A stretch of 64,000 nucleotides of DNA from a virus (Duplodnaviria > Caudoviricetes), in the IMG/VR virus record IMGVR_UViG_3300046662_000041, positions 28,924-92,923 of that record. The stretch is one strand, 5' to 3'. Of this stretch, positions 53,675-62,253 are shown piece by piece. Under the pieces are notes generated by a model. That model had not been told where the DNA came from and did no database searches. It saw only the letters and a list, made by a program, of their open reading frames with translations. Made by a program: the position numbers and the translations under genes. Numbering within the stretch: the stretch's first letter is position 1; each line of letters opens with the position of its first letter.

Positions 53675-55587
53675 TAGGCCTGCTCCAGAAATTGGATTAG
53701 ACGATCGCGCTCTTCTGCTGCAATGATGTCAAGATTCTCACCCCAGCCTGTAGCACGTTTTGCAAATAGGTCTGTTGAATAAGATCGAATGAACTGTGTG
53801 CAGTCCAATTCTTCTTCATGCATCAGTTCTGCGATTGCCGTAATGATGGGTCCGAAGATAGCTTCATAGTCAGCCTCGGTCGGTTTCTTACGGAAGCTTG
53901 CGCGGCCAACTGCGTCGCGATATATCCGTTCAAATGCTTTCGTAATCATTGCTCGCCTTGCTTTTGCAGCGACTTTCTTGCCAGCCGGTTTTGCTGCAGG
54001 CTGTCCTGGCTGGTTAGCCTGGCCACCCGCGGTGGCCTGGGCTTTCGCTTGAGCGATCGAGACCTTTGCTTGTTGCGTAGCCTGATCGGCTTTAGCTTTC
54101 CGATCGAGTGCCGCAGCTTTTTGTTGATCTTTCACTGCTGGATGGTTGCCAATCGGCTTCGTGTTGGCGGGCACTGCAGCCAATGTGCCGTCATCAAGTC
54201 CGTCCTGTACAGCTTGTGAATGTGCTGATGCCGCTTTGGCGTCTTGCATATTGGTTGGCATCCAATAAACATCACCGCTGCCGTCCTCGATGGGATTCAT
54301 GCCTTCGAGCTCGTGGATATCATTGGTATTCAGATAGCCCCACTGCTTGCCAGAGCCATAGAAGGCAGACCGCGAAGCAGCGTCTGGATACATCAACTTC
54401 CGGGTATCAATGCCTGCAAAAAATTTGTTTGCAGCTTGACCAACCTTCGGGAAAAGCTTACGCTCTAGCTCCTGCTCGAATGCGATGTTCCAGGGATTCA
54501 AGCAAAACAATAAGAATTCAATTGCACTTTGTTCAACAGATGATTTCCCAGCATCATCACCCTGCACGCCAACCATGTGACCCGGAACATTGAAAAGCGA
54601 TGCAACCTCAAGACGTTGATGCTGCCGTGTTTCCAGCATCTGGCCTTCCTCTGGTGTGGCTCCTGTCTTTGTGTAGGTCACACCTGGCGGCAGCACGCCA
54701 GTCTTGTGTGTATTCTCTCCACCGTGTGCCTCGGCCCACGACCTGCGAAGCACTTCCCATTGAATATCGGTCATATCACTTGGAATGCCAAGAATGCCTT
54801 GTGGGATAGCACCATTGCCGAAAAACTTGGCGCCATACTTCTCTGTCGCAAGTGAAAGGCCGATCGCTTGCCGGCCAAGAATAACAACATCCTGACCCAA
54901 GCGTCCATCCAGCGAAAGCCCAGGAACATGAATCATGTCTTCGGCAAGTACCAAGCGCCGATAGCCATACCCTTGATTAGCATTGTCATTTTCTACGATG
55001 ACACTATTGTTTAGCGCCTCGTAGGTTTCATACATCAGCGTGCCAGGTGGATAGGTAGTACCTTCAATCGTGATCGGCGCAGTCAAACGCACTGGGCGTG
55101 TGCGCGCAGGATTACGTGGCCAAATTGCGACAATGCGATTGCCACCATCACGTTGAATCTCGGAATAAGCATTGCCCCACAAAAGGAAGTGGCACGCAAA
55201 TGTCTTGCGCCACGTTGCAGATGTCATTTCGTCATTTGGCTCAGAGTGTAGTGGAAAATAAAGCTGATGATTGAAAGCAATTTTCTTACCAGTGCGGCCA
55301 TCCTCAAGCAAGCGCTGATAGACGTTTAGCGGATGGGATGCAAAGCCGTTGGAGATGATATTGACGCACTGAATAACAGTGGTCACCTGCAATGCTGTCA
55401 TCTCCGAGACGCGAAGTCCGGAGTCAGTGCGACCGCCGTTGAAAATATCCAGGAGCCATTCGGCAGGATACGAAAGAGGTGTCTGCGGATTCTCGAGTGA
55501 GCTTCTGCGCTCAATCGGTCTGTTGCTACCTCTTACCTCGAGCCCGAATCGCCCCAACGCCTTGTTGAGGAAATTCGCCATGATCAA
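53674..55587 (-). CDS. Portal protein, HK97 family, with a long C-terminal extension
   Basis: EPNDEMT, LLWGNAY, FFGNGAIP.G, QMLETR, FNVP.H, N.IHELEGMNP. Confidence 0.95.
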   Translation of the reverse strand: MIMANFLNKALGRFGLEVRGSNRPIERRSSLENPQTPLSYPAEWLLDIFNGGRTDSGLRVSEMTALQVTTVIQCVNIISNGFASHPLNVYQRLLEDGRTGKKIAFNHQLYFPLHSEPNDEMTSATWRKTFACHFLLWGNAYSEIQRDGGNRIVAIWPRNPARTRPVRLTAPITIEGTTYPPGTLMYETYEALNNSVIVENDNANQGYGYRRLVLAEDMIHVPGLSLDGRLGQDVVILGRQAIGLSLATEKYGAKFFGNGAIPQGILGIPSDMTDIQWEVLRRSWAEAHGGENTHKTGVLPPGVTYTKTGATPEEGQMLETRQHQRLEVASLFNVPGHMVGVQGDDAGKSSVEQSAIEFLLFCLNPWNIAFEQELERKLFPKVGQAANKFFAGIDTRKLMYPDAASRSAFYGSGKQWGYLNTNDIHELEGMNPIEDGSGDVYWMPTNMQDAKAASAHSQAVQDGLDDGTLAAVPANTKPIGNHPAVKDQQKAAALDRKAKADQATQQAKVSIAQAKAQATAGGQANQPGQPAAKPAGKKVAAKARRAMITKAFERIYRDAVGRASFRKKPTEADYEAIFGPIITAIAELMHEEELDCTQFIRSYSTDLFAKRATGWGENLDIIAAEERDRLIQFLEQA

Positions 55588-55605
55588 TCCCTAAACTGTT
55601 ACGAC

Positions 55606-55851
55606 TTAAGCCCCTTGCATCTGGCCCAGATACGGATCTGCCACGCCTGCAGGTGGACCAGCCACTTCGCGCACCTGCCCAAGAGAAGGATTCGTATTGT
55701 TTGGCCCAGGAGCACCGACAACGATGCTGCCTAAATAAGGATCAGGATCTCCAGCCGGTGCAGAGCCAACTACAGTAATCGTTCCAATGAAAGGATTTGG
55801 ATCTCCTGCTCGTGGCGATCCAAGCACTCTTACTTGTCCGAGATATGGCAT
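55606..55851 (-). CDS. 81-aa Pro/Gly-rich protein with five P(Y/F/S)(L/I)G repeats
   Basis: SD GGAGG; PYLGQ/PFIGT/PYLGS/PSLGQ/PYLGQ. Confidence 0.7.
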   Translation of the reverse strand: MPYLGQVRVLGSPRAGDPNPFIGTITVVGSAPAGDPDPYLGSIVVGAPGPNNTNPSLGQVREVAGPPAGVADPYLGQMQGA

Positions 55852-55861
55852 GGGATCCTCC

Positions 55862-57808
55862 TTAGATCATGCGTATCTTGAAGCGGCTTGCGTCGTCCGC
55901 TCCCTTGACTAGAGGGTTTGCCAAAGCGCGGTTGACCGCCATCACGACTGCAACGAAGCCGTCAATCTTATTCTTGCTCTTGCCTTTATCAGGCCGCTGG
56001 TTGCCATTCGAATCAAGCAGCAACTGAACGTTTGAGACATTCCACCGCAGCACTGGATTGGCGTAATGCTCAACGGTCTTTGAATTCACATACGCACAAA
56101 TAGATTTCGTCGGCAGGCTTAAATGCTCGAAACGTTGTGGCAGCTTGATCATCTTAATGCCGTCTTGTATCAGCTTCGTTCCGAGCCACTCAGCACCCCA
56201 CGGATCATAGCCAACCTCGCCGAGCCGAAACATCTGATGCGTCTTCAGAATCTGATTGCGGATTGCCTCCTGATCGACCGCATTGCCTGGCGTCTTGGTG
56301 ATGAAGCCAGCACGGACCCAGGCATCATAAGGCGCCCGGTTTGTCTTTGCCCGTTGGGTAACAAATGCGGCAGGGATCCAATACCAGATAAGAATGCGCC
56401 ACTTGTCATCCTTATCCTGAATCTGATTCATCGTGTGACCAGCCGGAATCTTTTCAGTGTAATCGCCCCAACTGGTCGGATTCAGTGTAATCATGCTTTG
56501 CACGTTTGCTTGCGGCAAGCATTTGACGGCTCTGTTTCCCTTCGGTCCTACCTCTACGTGCACGTTGCCAGCCGGACAATCTGGCATAACAATTGTATCG
56601 CATGGTGGAAAAATCAACGCATATGCAACGAGATCCTCACATTCAGCAACGTCCAAGCCGCCAAAGCATTTGCGACCCTTGAGCCGATCTAGTGCCTCAG
56701 CAAGGAGTTTGGATGCATTTGCATGTTCACCCTCAATACAGCACTTCTCCCAGGCACCAGCGGGCAGCATCGCAGTATCAGAAGCTGTCCAGACGTTTAG
56801 ATGTTTTCGAAGAAACTCGTTTTGGGCGGCTGGTTGCTCTTTAGCTTTCAAGAAGTTAGGTCGTATCTTCTCGAAGCTGGTACTAATTCCCAAATTTGGA
56901 TTAGCCTTTGGCCAATTCTTCTCATCATCCCAAGCATCGCCATCATCAAGCGTGGCGATGAAAGCGAAGAAGTTATCATCCGGTGTAATTCCTTGCAGGA
57001 CCTTAACGCCATACTGACGCTGGTCCCAACAAATGCCTTCACGATCAAAGCCCGCCGTCGTGATGGCGATAACCAAAGGCTGCGATCGTGATCCTGTTGC
57101 AGTATTTAAGACGTCAAACAAGGACCGCGTCGGATGCTCGTGCAACTCGTCAATCAAGGCACAGTGTGTATTTAGCCCATCTAGTTTCGTCGAGTCCGAC
57201 GCCAGTGCCTCAAACTTAGACGACGTCTCGTCAACGTGAAGGTTGACAGGCCTCGCGTCAGTTCCAAACTTCTGGATCCGGCCGGCCAAGAAAGGAGACT
57301 TCTCAACCATCCTAAATGCGACGTCGAAAACGATGTGGGCCTGCTCTTTCGTTGTGGCCGCGCTATAGACCTCGGCGCCAGGCTCACCATCGGCGTAGAG
57401 CATGTACAAGCCGATGCCCGCAATGAAGGTTGACTTACCATTCTTGCGGGCGACCTCAATATGAGCTTCACGAAACCGTCGCTGGCCTGTGGCGATTACA
57501 ATCCAACCAAACAGGTTGGCCATGATAAAGACTTGCCACGGCGACAAGCGAAAGCCGCGGGTCTCATCCTTCTTAGCCCAGATACCTTTAATGTGTGGTA
57601 GGAAGCCGAAGAAATCTATTGCGTGCTGCGCTGCTTTATCATCAAAGCGAAAACCCCGTGACTCACCTATCTCAAGATCGTCTAGGAAGCGTTGGCAGGC
57701 TTGCCGCACGTATTTGCAGACACATATCTCACCTGAGATGGCTTGTCGTGCATATTGGACGGACGTCTCTTTCGCCCTAGGTTGTAAGGTATAAGTCAAT
57801 TGCGCCAT
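55862..57808 (-). CDS. terL: Terminase large subunit (HK97/lambda-like Terminase_1)
   Basis: VARKNGKS, IDELHEH, ITTAG, KANPNLG, GGLD, YDPW, KIDG. Confidence 0.95.
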   Translation of the reverse strand: MAQLTYTLQPRAKETSVQYARQAISGEICVCKYVRQACQRFLDDLEIGESRGFRFDDKAAQHAIDFFGFLPHIKGIWAKKDETRGFRLSPWQVFIMANLFGWIVIATGQRRFREAHIEVARKNGKSTFIAGIGLYMLYADGEPGAEVYSAATTKEQAHIVFDVAFRMVEKSPFLAGRIQKFGTDARPVNLHVDETSSKFEALASDSTKLDGLNTHCALIDELHEHPTRSLFDVLNTATGSRSQPLVIAITTAGFDREGICWDQRQYGVKVLQGITPDDNFFAFIATLDDGDAWDDEKNWPKANPNLGISTSFEKIRPNFLKAKEQPAAQNEFLRKHLNVWTASDTAMLPAGAWEKCCIEGEHANASKLLAEALDRLKGRKCFGGLDVAECEDLVAYALIFPPCDTIVMPDCPAGNVHVEVGPKGNRAVKCLPQANVQSMITLNPTSWGDYTEKIPAGHTMNQIQDKDDKWRILIWYWIPAAFVTQRAKTNRAPYDAWVRAGFITKTPGNAVDQEAIRNQILKTHQMFRLGEVGYDPWGAEWLGTKLIQDGIKMIKLPQRFEHLSLPTKSICAYVNSKTVEHYANPVLRWNVSNVQLLLDSNGNQRPDKGKSKNKIDGFVAVVMAVNRALANPLVKGADDASRFKIRMI

Positions 57809-57973
57809 GGGCGCAAGTCACCTCATTTTAATTCAAGGTCGCCACGCCTGGCGGTTTCACTCGCCAAAGTTACTTACGCCAGGCGTCGGCGTTGACGACC
57901 TTGTTTCTTGCACGGCTTCGGCGGCCAGGCACGTCGCACTGACGCGGGTTGCCACCTACAGCATCGTACAAAT
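57800..57973 (-). ncRNA. Candidate structured RNA in the terL leader
   Basis: Two nested 10-bp helices (57834-57903) and a 7-bp hairpin enclosing the terL AUG. Confidence 0.5.
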
Positions 57974-58228
57974 TTATTGCTGGACGTAGGTTCGCGTAGC
58001 AGCAGAAGCGTTCTCATCGCTGCAAGCCAATACACCTTCGTCAACAAGAGCGGAAGCATGATGCTCTGCGCCGATGAGATCACCATTGAAAGGTGCACCT
58101 GTTGCAATCTGCGCCACAGTTTTGGGAGTCACACAACTCGTGTTAACAGTCGCGTGGGTGCTTACCATACCAGCGAGTCGAGCTGCTTTAGCTGCGGCTG
58201 ACAACGGAGTATTTTTGGGTGCGGCCAT
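57974..58228 (-). CDS. Hypothetical protein between terS and terL
   Basis: SD GAGGAG; MAAPKNTPLS... Confidence 0.6.
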   Translation of the reverse strand: MAAPKNTPLSAAAKAARLAGMVSTHATVNTSCVTPKTVAQIATGAPFNGDLIGAEHHASALVDEGVLACSDENASAATRTYVQQ

Positions 58229-58229
58229 G

Positions 58230-58808
58230 TTAATTCTCCTCTTCGGATTGATCTCCGTCGTCCTCGGGGGCAACGGGTGTCAAAATCGGACCTTGCGTGG
58301 CTTGATTGTCCTGACCACGCTTCATAAAATCTGTCATCGGATCATTGTCCTTAGCTTTGTCGACCTTAAGGTTGCGCCTGCTCGCTGGCGTCATTCCGAA
58401 CTCGATCAGGAATGATTTCATCAACGCAAGGAAAACTTTGACCTGGGCCGCTGCAGGATTGCTTTTAAGATCACCGAGATGCGTCTCACCTTTGTTATCC
58501 TGAAACTCGGTCTGGATGACAGCACCATACTCCTCCAGTGCTTTCTGAGCTGATTGCCAATTCGCGTATGCTACGCAGTAGCCCATCAGCGCTTTACCAT
58601 CCACCTTCGATAGCAGACCATTAGACAAAAGCAGGACAGACATCTGCCGCCACTCACGACGTGCTACAGCAGGCATTCCTTTGGGCATCTCGGGCATACC
58701 CTTTTCAGGTTGCGGATTGTCCGCGCCTCTCAGCTTCTCTTTACCGAAATGACTCGGATTGCCGTTCAACTGATGCATCGCTAAAGGCTTAGGACGTCTA
58801 CCAGCCAC
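58230..58808 (-). CDS. terS: Terminase small subunit (P27 family)
   Basis: GRRPKP..LNGNP, ARREW, D..L..YC, NPA, EFGMTPASR. Confidence 0.92.
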   Translation of the reverse strand: MAGRRPKPLAMHQLNGNPSHFGKEKLRGADNPQPEKGMPEMPKGMPAVARREWRQMSVLLLSNGLLSKVDGKALMGYCVAYANWQSAQKALEEYGAVIQTEFQDNKGETHLGDLKSNPAAAQVKVFLALMKSFLIEFGMTPASRRNLKVDKAKDNDPMTDFMKRGQDNQATQGPILTPVAPEDDGDQSEEEN

Positions 58809-58893
58809 GACTCCTCCACTCTCTTACCTTGACATGAATTCGGAATCCTATGCCGGCAATGAATAGTACGGCGCCAAGAAACAATTTGCGCAC
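58798..58893 (-). CDS. 31-aa membrane microprotein (GTG start)
   Basis: MRKLFLGAVLFIAGIGFRIHVKVREWRSRGW; SD GGAG. Confidence 0.45.
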   Translation of the reverse strand: MRKLFLGAVLFIAGIGFRIHVKVREWRSRGW

Positions 58894-58897
58894 GTGC

Positions 58898-58996
58898 TTA
58901 TCTCCACAGCCAGCCACAAAGACATTTAACAAACCCGTCGCCCTGCCGCGGCTTCGTTAGAAGCTTGCCGCAGATTGGACACTTTCGTTGCCACAT
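58898..58996 (-). CDS. 32-aa zinc-finger microprotein
   Basis: MWQRKCPICGKLLTKPRQGDGFVKCLCGWLWR; SD GGAGGT. Confidence 0.65.
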   Translation of the reverse strand: MWQRKCPICGKLLTKPRQGDGFVKCLCGWLWR

Positions 58997-59036
58997 AACC
59001 ACCTCCGAAGAGGCGGCTCGGCGAAGCCGGGTCGTC

Positions 59037-59513
59037 TTATACTGCTCTCAAAAGCAACTGAGCCTCACGCCATTCCATCGCAGGACCATTGTGTGCTGCA
59101 CAGCAATCGCCTTCTGCTACTGTCTCTTGAAGAGGCCGGCATGCACGAGTCTCTGGATCGAAATGCTTGGTACAAGGAGCTCCGCCATTGATGCCACCAC
59201 AATTAGTTCCGGCACCTTCTGACCACTCCAATCCGATCAGGTCCGCTTTTGAGGATCCTAGCTGCGAGGACAGATACTCGATCGGGCCGTTTGTCTCAAT
59301 CGGCTTGCCAGGATCATTCTGACTGCAGCCTGGCGTGTACGTCTTTCCATCTTTGGTCACTTGCTCAATAATGATATCAGGACCGATGATGATACAACGC
59401 TTCTGCTTCGCGAGCATCATCGTGCAATAGCCACAGCTTGCCGGCTTGTTATTGAGCTCCTCTGCAGATACAAACAGGAGTGCCCACTTCTCAAGCTTAA
59501 CGAGAGGATCCAT
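59037..59513 (-). CDS. Cys-rich protein with two HiPIP-like Cys clusters
   Basis: CGYC..C..GC and CGG..C..C..GDCC. Confidence 0.55.
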   Translation of the reverse strand: MDPLVKLEKWALLFVSAEELNNKPASCGYCTMMLAKQKRCIIIGPDIIIEQVTKDGKTYTPGCSQNDPGKPIETNGPIEYLSSQLGSSKADLIGLEWSEGAGTNCGGINGGAPCTKHFDPETRACRPLQETVAEGDCCAAHNGPAMEWREAQLLLRAV

Positions 59514-59536
59514 GAGACCCTACAGCCTGTTACGTC

Positions 59537-59725
59537 TTAAAGCTTTGCCTTGATACGTGCCAGGACAGCGGCGACAGGTGCCAAAAGCTTATCATCTGCT
59601 TTAACTTCATATTCGATCTTGCGGATCTCTGCTTTAACAGCAGCGGCGGCCTTCGCCCCAAACTTATAGCCGGCGTAGAGGCCGACCACAAAGATCACAA
59701 GAACTCCGATAATGTGGATCATCAT
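59537..59725 (-). CDS. Small single-TM protein (holin-like candidate)
   Basis: SD GGAGG; hydrophobic N-terminus and basic tail. Confidence 0.55.
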   Translation of the reverse strand: MMIHIIGVLVIFVVGLYAGYKFGAKAAAAVKAEIRKIEYEVKADDKLLAPVAAVLARIKAKL

Positions 59726-59764
59726 TTCCCTCCGCGGGATTGTTGACTCAAACGTCAAGAAAGA

Positions 59765-59771
59765 TGTTACG
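59765..59771 (-). promoter_or_regulatory. CGTAACA putative late-promoter element (also 59528, 55597, 53168, 45061, variant at 44568; plus strand at 20584)
   Basis: Recurs in intergenic gaps in front of morphogenesis genes. Confidence 0.6.
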
Positions 59772-60010
59772 GGTTGTTTGTTTCCGATTTCTGAGACAAC
59801 CCGAAAACAGCGCTAAATCGGCCTCAAAATCAGCGCCTAAAATAACGGGTTGAAAGTGGCTCAATGTCGCATGAATAGTAGCAGAATGCGGGTTTCACGC
59901 GCGAAGTACAAAATGGCGCATTTTCAGCAATATCACAGGCCTTGTGATAATTGAGTGGCGCCTAACTGCTTTAGAGACAATAACTTACAGCTTGCGAGCG
60001 AAATAGCCCA

Positions 60011-60049
60011 AAAGTACTATTGCCGCGGCCCTCTCCGCAGGCAGAAGCT
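60011..60049 (+). promoter_or_regulatory. Early-type promoter AGTACTA-TTGCCG-N18-GAAGCT
   Basis: Same motif as at 18619, 61905 and 62109. Confidence 0.6.
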
Positions 60050-60074
60050 GGGTAGCGTGATAAGGAGATCAGAC

Positions 60075-60278
60075 ATGAACTTCGAAACCTTCCGCAACCG
60101 GATAGCCGATGACCTACGCAAGGCGGCAGAAGACCTGCCAATCGGTGACCAGTCGACGTCCTTCGACAAGGTAGAGATCGTCGACCAGGATGGCAAGGCA
60201 CTTAACTTTCGGCTCATCTGGCGGCCAGCCACGAAGCAGGATTCAGGCAAATTTCAAATCGTAGCAGAAGCAAAGTAA
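60075..60278 (+). CDS. Hypothetical early protein
   Basis: SD AAGGAG before ATG 60075. Confidence 0.6.
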   Translation: MNFETFRNRIADDLRKAAEDLPIGDQSTSFDKVEIVDQDGKALNFRLIWRPATKQDSGKFQIVAEAK

Positions 60279-60279
60279 A

Positions 60280-60477
60280 ATGCGAAAATGTTTTGCTTGT
60301 GATCGAACTCTCAAGCCCACCGAACGTTTTGGCTGGCAAGTCAACACTTCTGATGGTCAGATTGTATTTGTTGGAAATTTTTGCCATCGAAGAATTGTAA
60401 AAGCCGGAAAAGAAGGATGGCAACCGCCAAAGGGCGGTCCAAGACTTTTCCAGATCGTTGGAGAGGCCACACAATGA
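60280..60477 (+). CDS. Small Zn-binding hypothetical protein
   Basis: CFACDR..L; VG.FC. Confidence 0.55.
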   Translation: MRKCFACDRTLKPTERFGWQVNTSDGQIVFVGNFCHRRIVKAGKEGWQPPKGGPRLFQIVGEATQ

Positions 60478-60785
60478 CATTCAAATGGAAGGTCGGACAC
60501 GTTCCTACTGGACGCTACCGCAGCTTCGAACGACGACATTGGCCTAGTCTGTATTATGGTGAAAAGATCATTGCGTCGGTGTGTTGTCACGACCAAGAGT
60601 ATGTGCCTGAGCTAGTTAGAACTGGAAAGCATGCCCCACTCACACTCTTTGTCTACGATTATTCACAAGGCATCATCCAGCGTAAGATGTATAGGCTCAA
60701 GAAAGAGTTCGCCACGCTAGCCGAGGCGAAGGCTGGTACCGAAGCTTTCTTCAAGAATCATCCGGAGGCATTGCCACATGCCTAA
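60474..60785 (+). CDS. Hypothetical protein
   Basis: ATGA overlap; SD GGAG/GAGG; F.TLAEAK motif. Confidence 0.6.
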   Translation: MTFKWKVGHVPTGRYRSFERRHWPSLYYGEKIIASVCCHDQEYVPELVRTGKHAPLTLFVYDYSQGIIQRKMYRLKKEFATLAEAKAGTEAFFKNHPEALPHA

Positions 60786-61587
60786 TCCAATTGTCGATCG
60801 AATCCGCAAACTACTAGCCCACGAGAAGTCCGCCAGGGCAATCGGCAGCATCAAAGAAGCCGAAGCCTTTGCAGCAAAGATTCAGGCCCTCTTGGACGAG
60901 CATAAGCTCGGCATGACAGACGTCGAATTTGCCGAACGTGAGCAAGGCGAGCCCATCGGCTGGCAACATGTTGGCCCTGAGGACGCCGCCAATGGCTTCC
61001 GATATAGCCGGCGGCGATCTCACTGGCAATTCAAACTAGCATCCATCATTGCCGCGTGCAATATCTGTGAGATGATCCTTTCTGATGGCAACTCAGTTTC
61101 CTTTGTTGGCCGAACGTCTGACAGAGAGCTTTGCAAAATCCTCTTCCTATACATGTTGGATCTGGCATATCATCTGAATGACCTGTGTGCCAAACAAGAG
61201 AAAGAAACACAACGCCGTGAATGGGAAGACACGCTGGATCATTCATCATCTTATGATGCACCTGGCTTTAGAATGTGGATGAAGCAATTCCGCAAGTCTT
61301 GGTTTGTTGGCTTCTCACAGGCCGTCTGCGCCCGATTGTATCAGCAACATGAAGCGATGAAGAAGGCTGCAGCAAACCATGCCACTGCAATGATCCACAT
61401 CGGTCGAGATATCATCCTGATTGAGAAATCACTCGAAGGCAAGACCACATGCGGCCGTGTTTACAATCGAGGCCCTGTACGCAGTGGAGACGGCTTTGCA
61501 CATGGCAAGCGAACAGGACAAGCTATCAACCTCTCACCGAACAGGTTTGGATCAACGGCAAAGACAAGGCCGCAACTAGGCCAATGA
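60778..61587 (+). CDS. DUF2786 domain protein
   Basis: DRIRKLLA..S...EAEAFAAKIQALL.EH.L. Confidence 0.8.
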   Translation: MPNPIVDRIRKLLAHEKSARAIGSIKEAEAFAAKIQALLDEHKLGMTDVEFAEREQGEPIGWQHVGPEDAANGFRYSRRRSHWQFKLASIIAACNICEMILSDGNSVSFVGRTSDRELCKILFLYMLDLAYHLNDLCAKQEKETQRREWEDTLDHSSSYDAPGFRMWMKQFRKSWFVGFSQAVCARLYQQHEAMKKAAANHATAMIHIGRDIILIEKSLEGKTTCGRVYNRGPVRSGDGFAHGKRTGQAINLSPNRFGSTAKTRPQLGQ

Positions 61588-61757
61588 GTCTAGTAACACA
61601 AGAAGATTTGCGTCGGGTGTTAGGTGAGTATGAAGCTGCTCTCCAAGAATCAATTGACGAAGGTGGTGACGAAGCAGAGATCCAACTTCAAACCGCACGC
61701 ACTGCACTTTTAGACGTGCTACAACAAGCAAGAGTAACGCTGCCGGAGACACAGTGA
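61584..61757 (+). CDS. Small helical hypothetical protein
   Basis: ATGA overlap with the upstream stop. Confidence 0.5.
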   Translation: MSLVTQEDLRRVLGEYEAALQESIDEGGDEAEIQLQTARTALLDVLQQARVTLPETQ

Positions 61758-61904
61758 ACAACGTCCGCACAACGATTCGTGTCTTGCCGCTGGCAGAGCT
61801 GAATGATAGGCCAGTAAACGATGCACTGCCTCGACAGGTATTTGCATTTCTCTTCTGGCTTGCATTGGACGTGGCTGGGCTCCTGTTGATCTACTGGCTG
61901 GCAT

Positions 61905-61941
61905 AGTACTATTGCCAAACAGTCACCGAGAGGTGGACGCT
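61905..61941 (+). promoter_or_regulatory. Early-type promoter AGTACTA-TTGCCA-N18-GACGCT
   Basis: Repeat of the shared motif. Confidence 0.6.
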
Positions 61942-61957
61942 GACATAGGAGGATCAA

Positions 61958-62110
61958 ATGATAATTCAGATCACACGCAATGAGGACGATACCTATTATG
62001 TATGCGCTCACGGAGTACACAATCAGGACGTGCCTGCTCAGGTGGTGGCAACGCTAGAGGAAGCACTTGAACTAAGCAGAGCCATGTTCCGGACCCTTAT
62101 CACGCTTTAG
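61958..62110 (+). CDS. 50-aa protein resembling a HicB N-terminal domain
   Basis: SD AGGAGG; MIIQITRNEDDTYYVCA...ATLEEALELSRAM. Confidence 0.55.
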   Translation: MIIQITRNEDDTYYVCAHGVHNQDVPAQVVATLEEALELSRAMFRTLITL

Positions 62111-62152
62111 TACTAAAGTACTATTGCCACGATCACAGAAGTGAGTGATGCT
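62109..62152 (+). promoter_or_regulatory. Early-type promoter with tandem AGTACT operator
   Basis: 22-nt identity to 18619-18640; TTGCCA-N17-GATGCT. Confidence 0.65.
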
Positions 62153-62158
62153 TTGTAC

Positions 62159-62242
62159 ATGAAAGTACTAATCATACTTGCAGTGATTGCAGCAGTAACG
62201 TTCTTTGGCCTGTGGCTCCTGACTGTTGCTGCTGGACTCTAG
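62159..62242 (+). CDS. 27-aa leaderless single-TM peptide
   Basis: MKVLIILAVIAAVTFFGLWLLTVAAGL; ATG 6 nt after the -10. Confidence 0.55.
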   Translation: MKVLIILAVIAAVTFFGLWLLTVAAGL

Positions 62243-62253
62243 GGAGGAATACG

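Noticed and set aside
56405-56602. Mini-intein in TerL
   Set aside because: Too short, and it lacks the His-Asn plus Cys/Ser/Thr splice junction.
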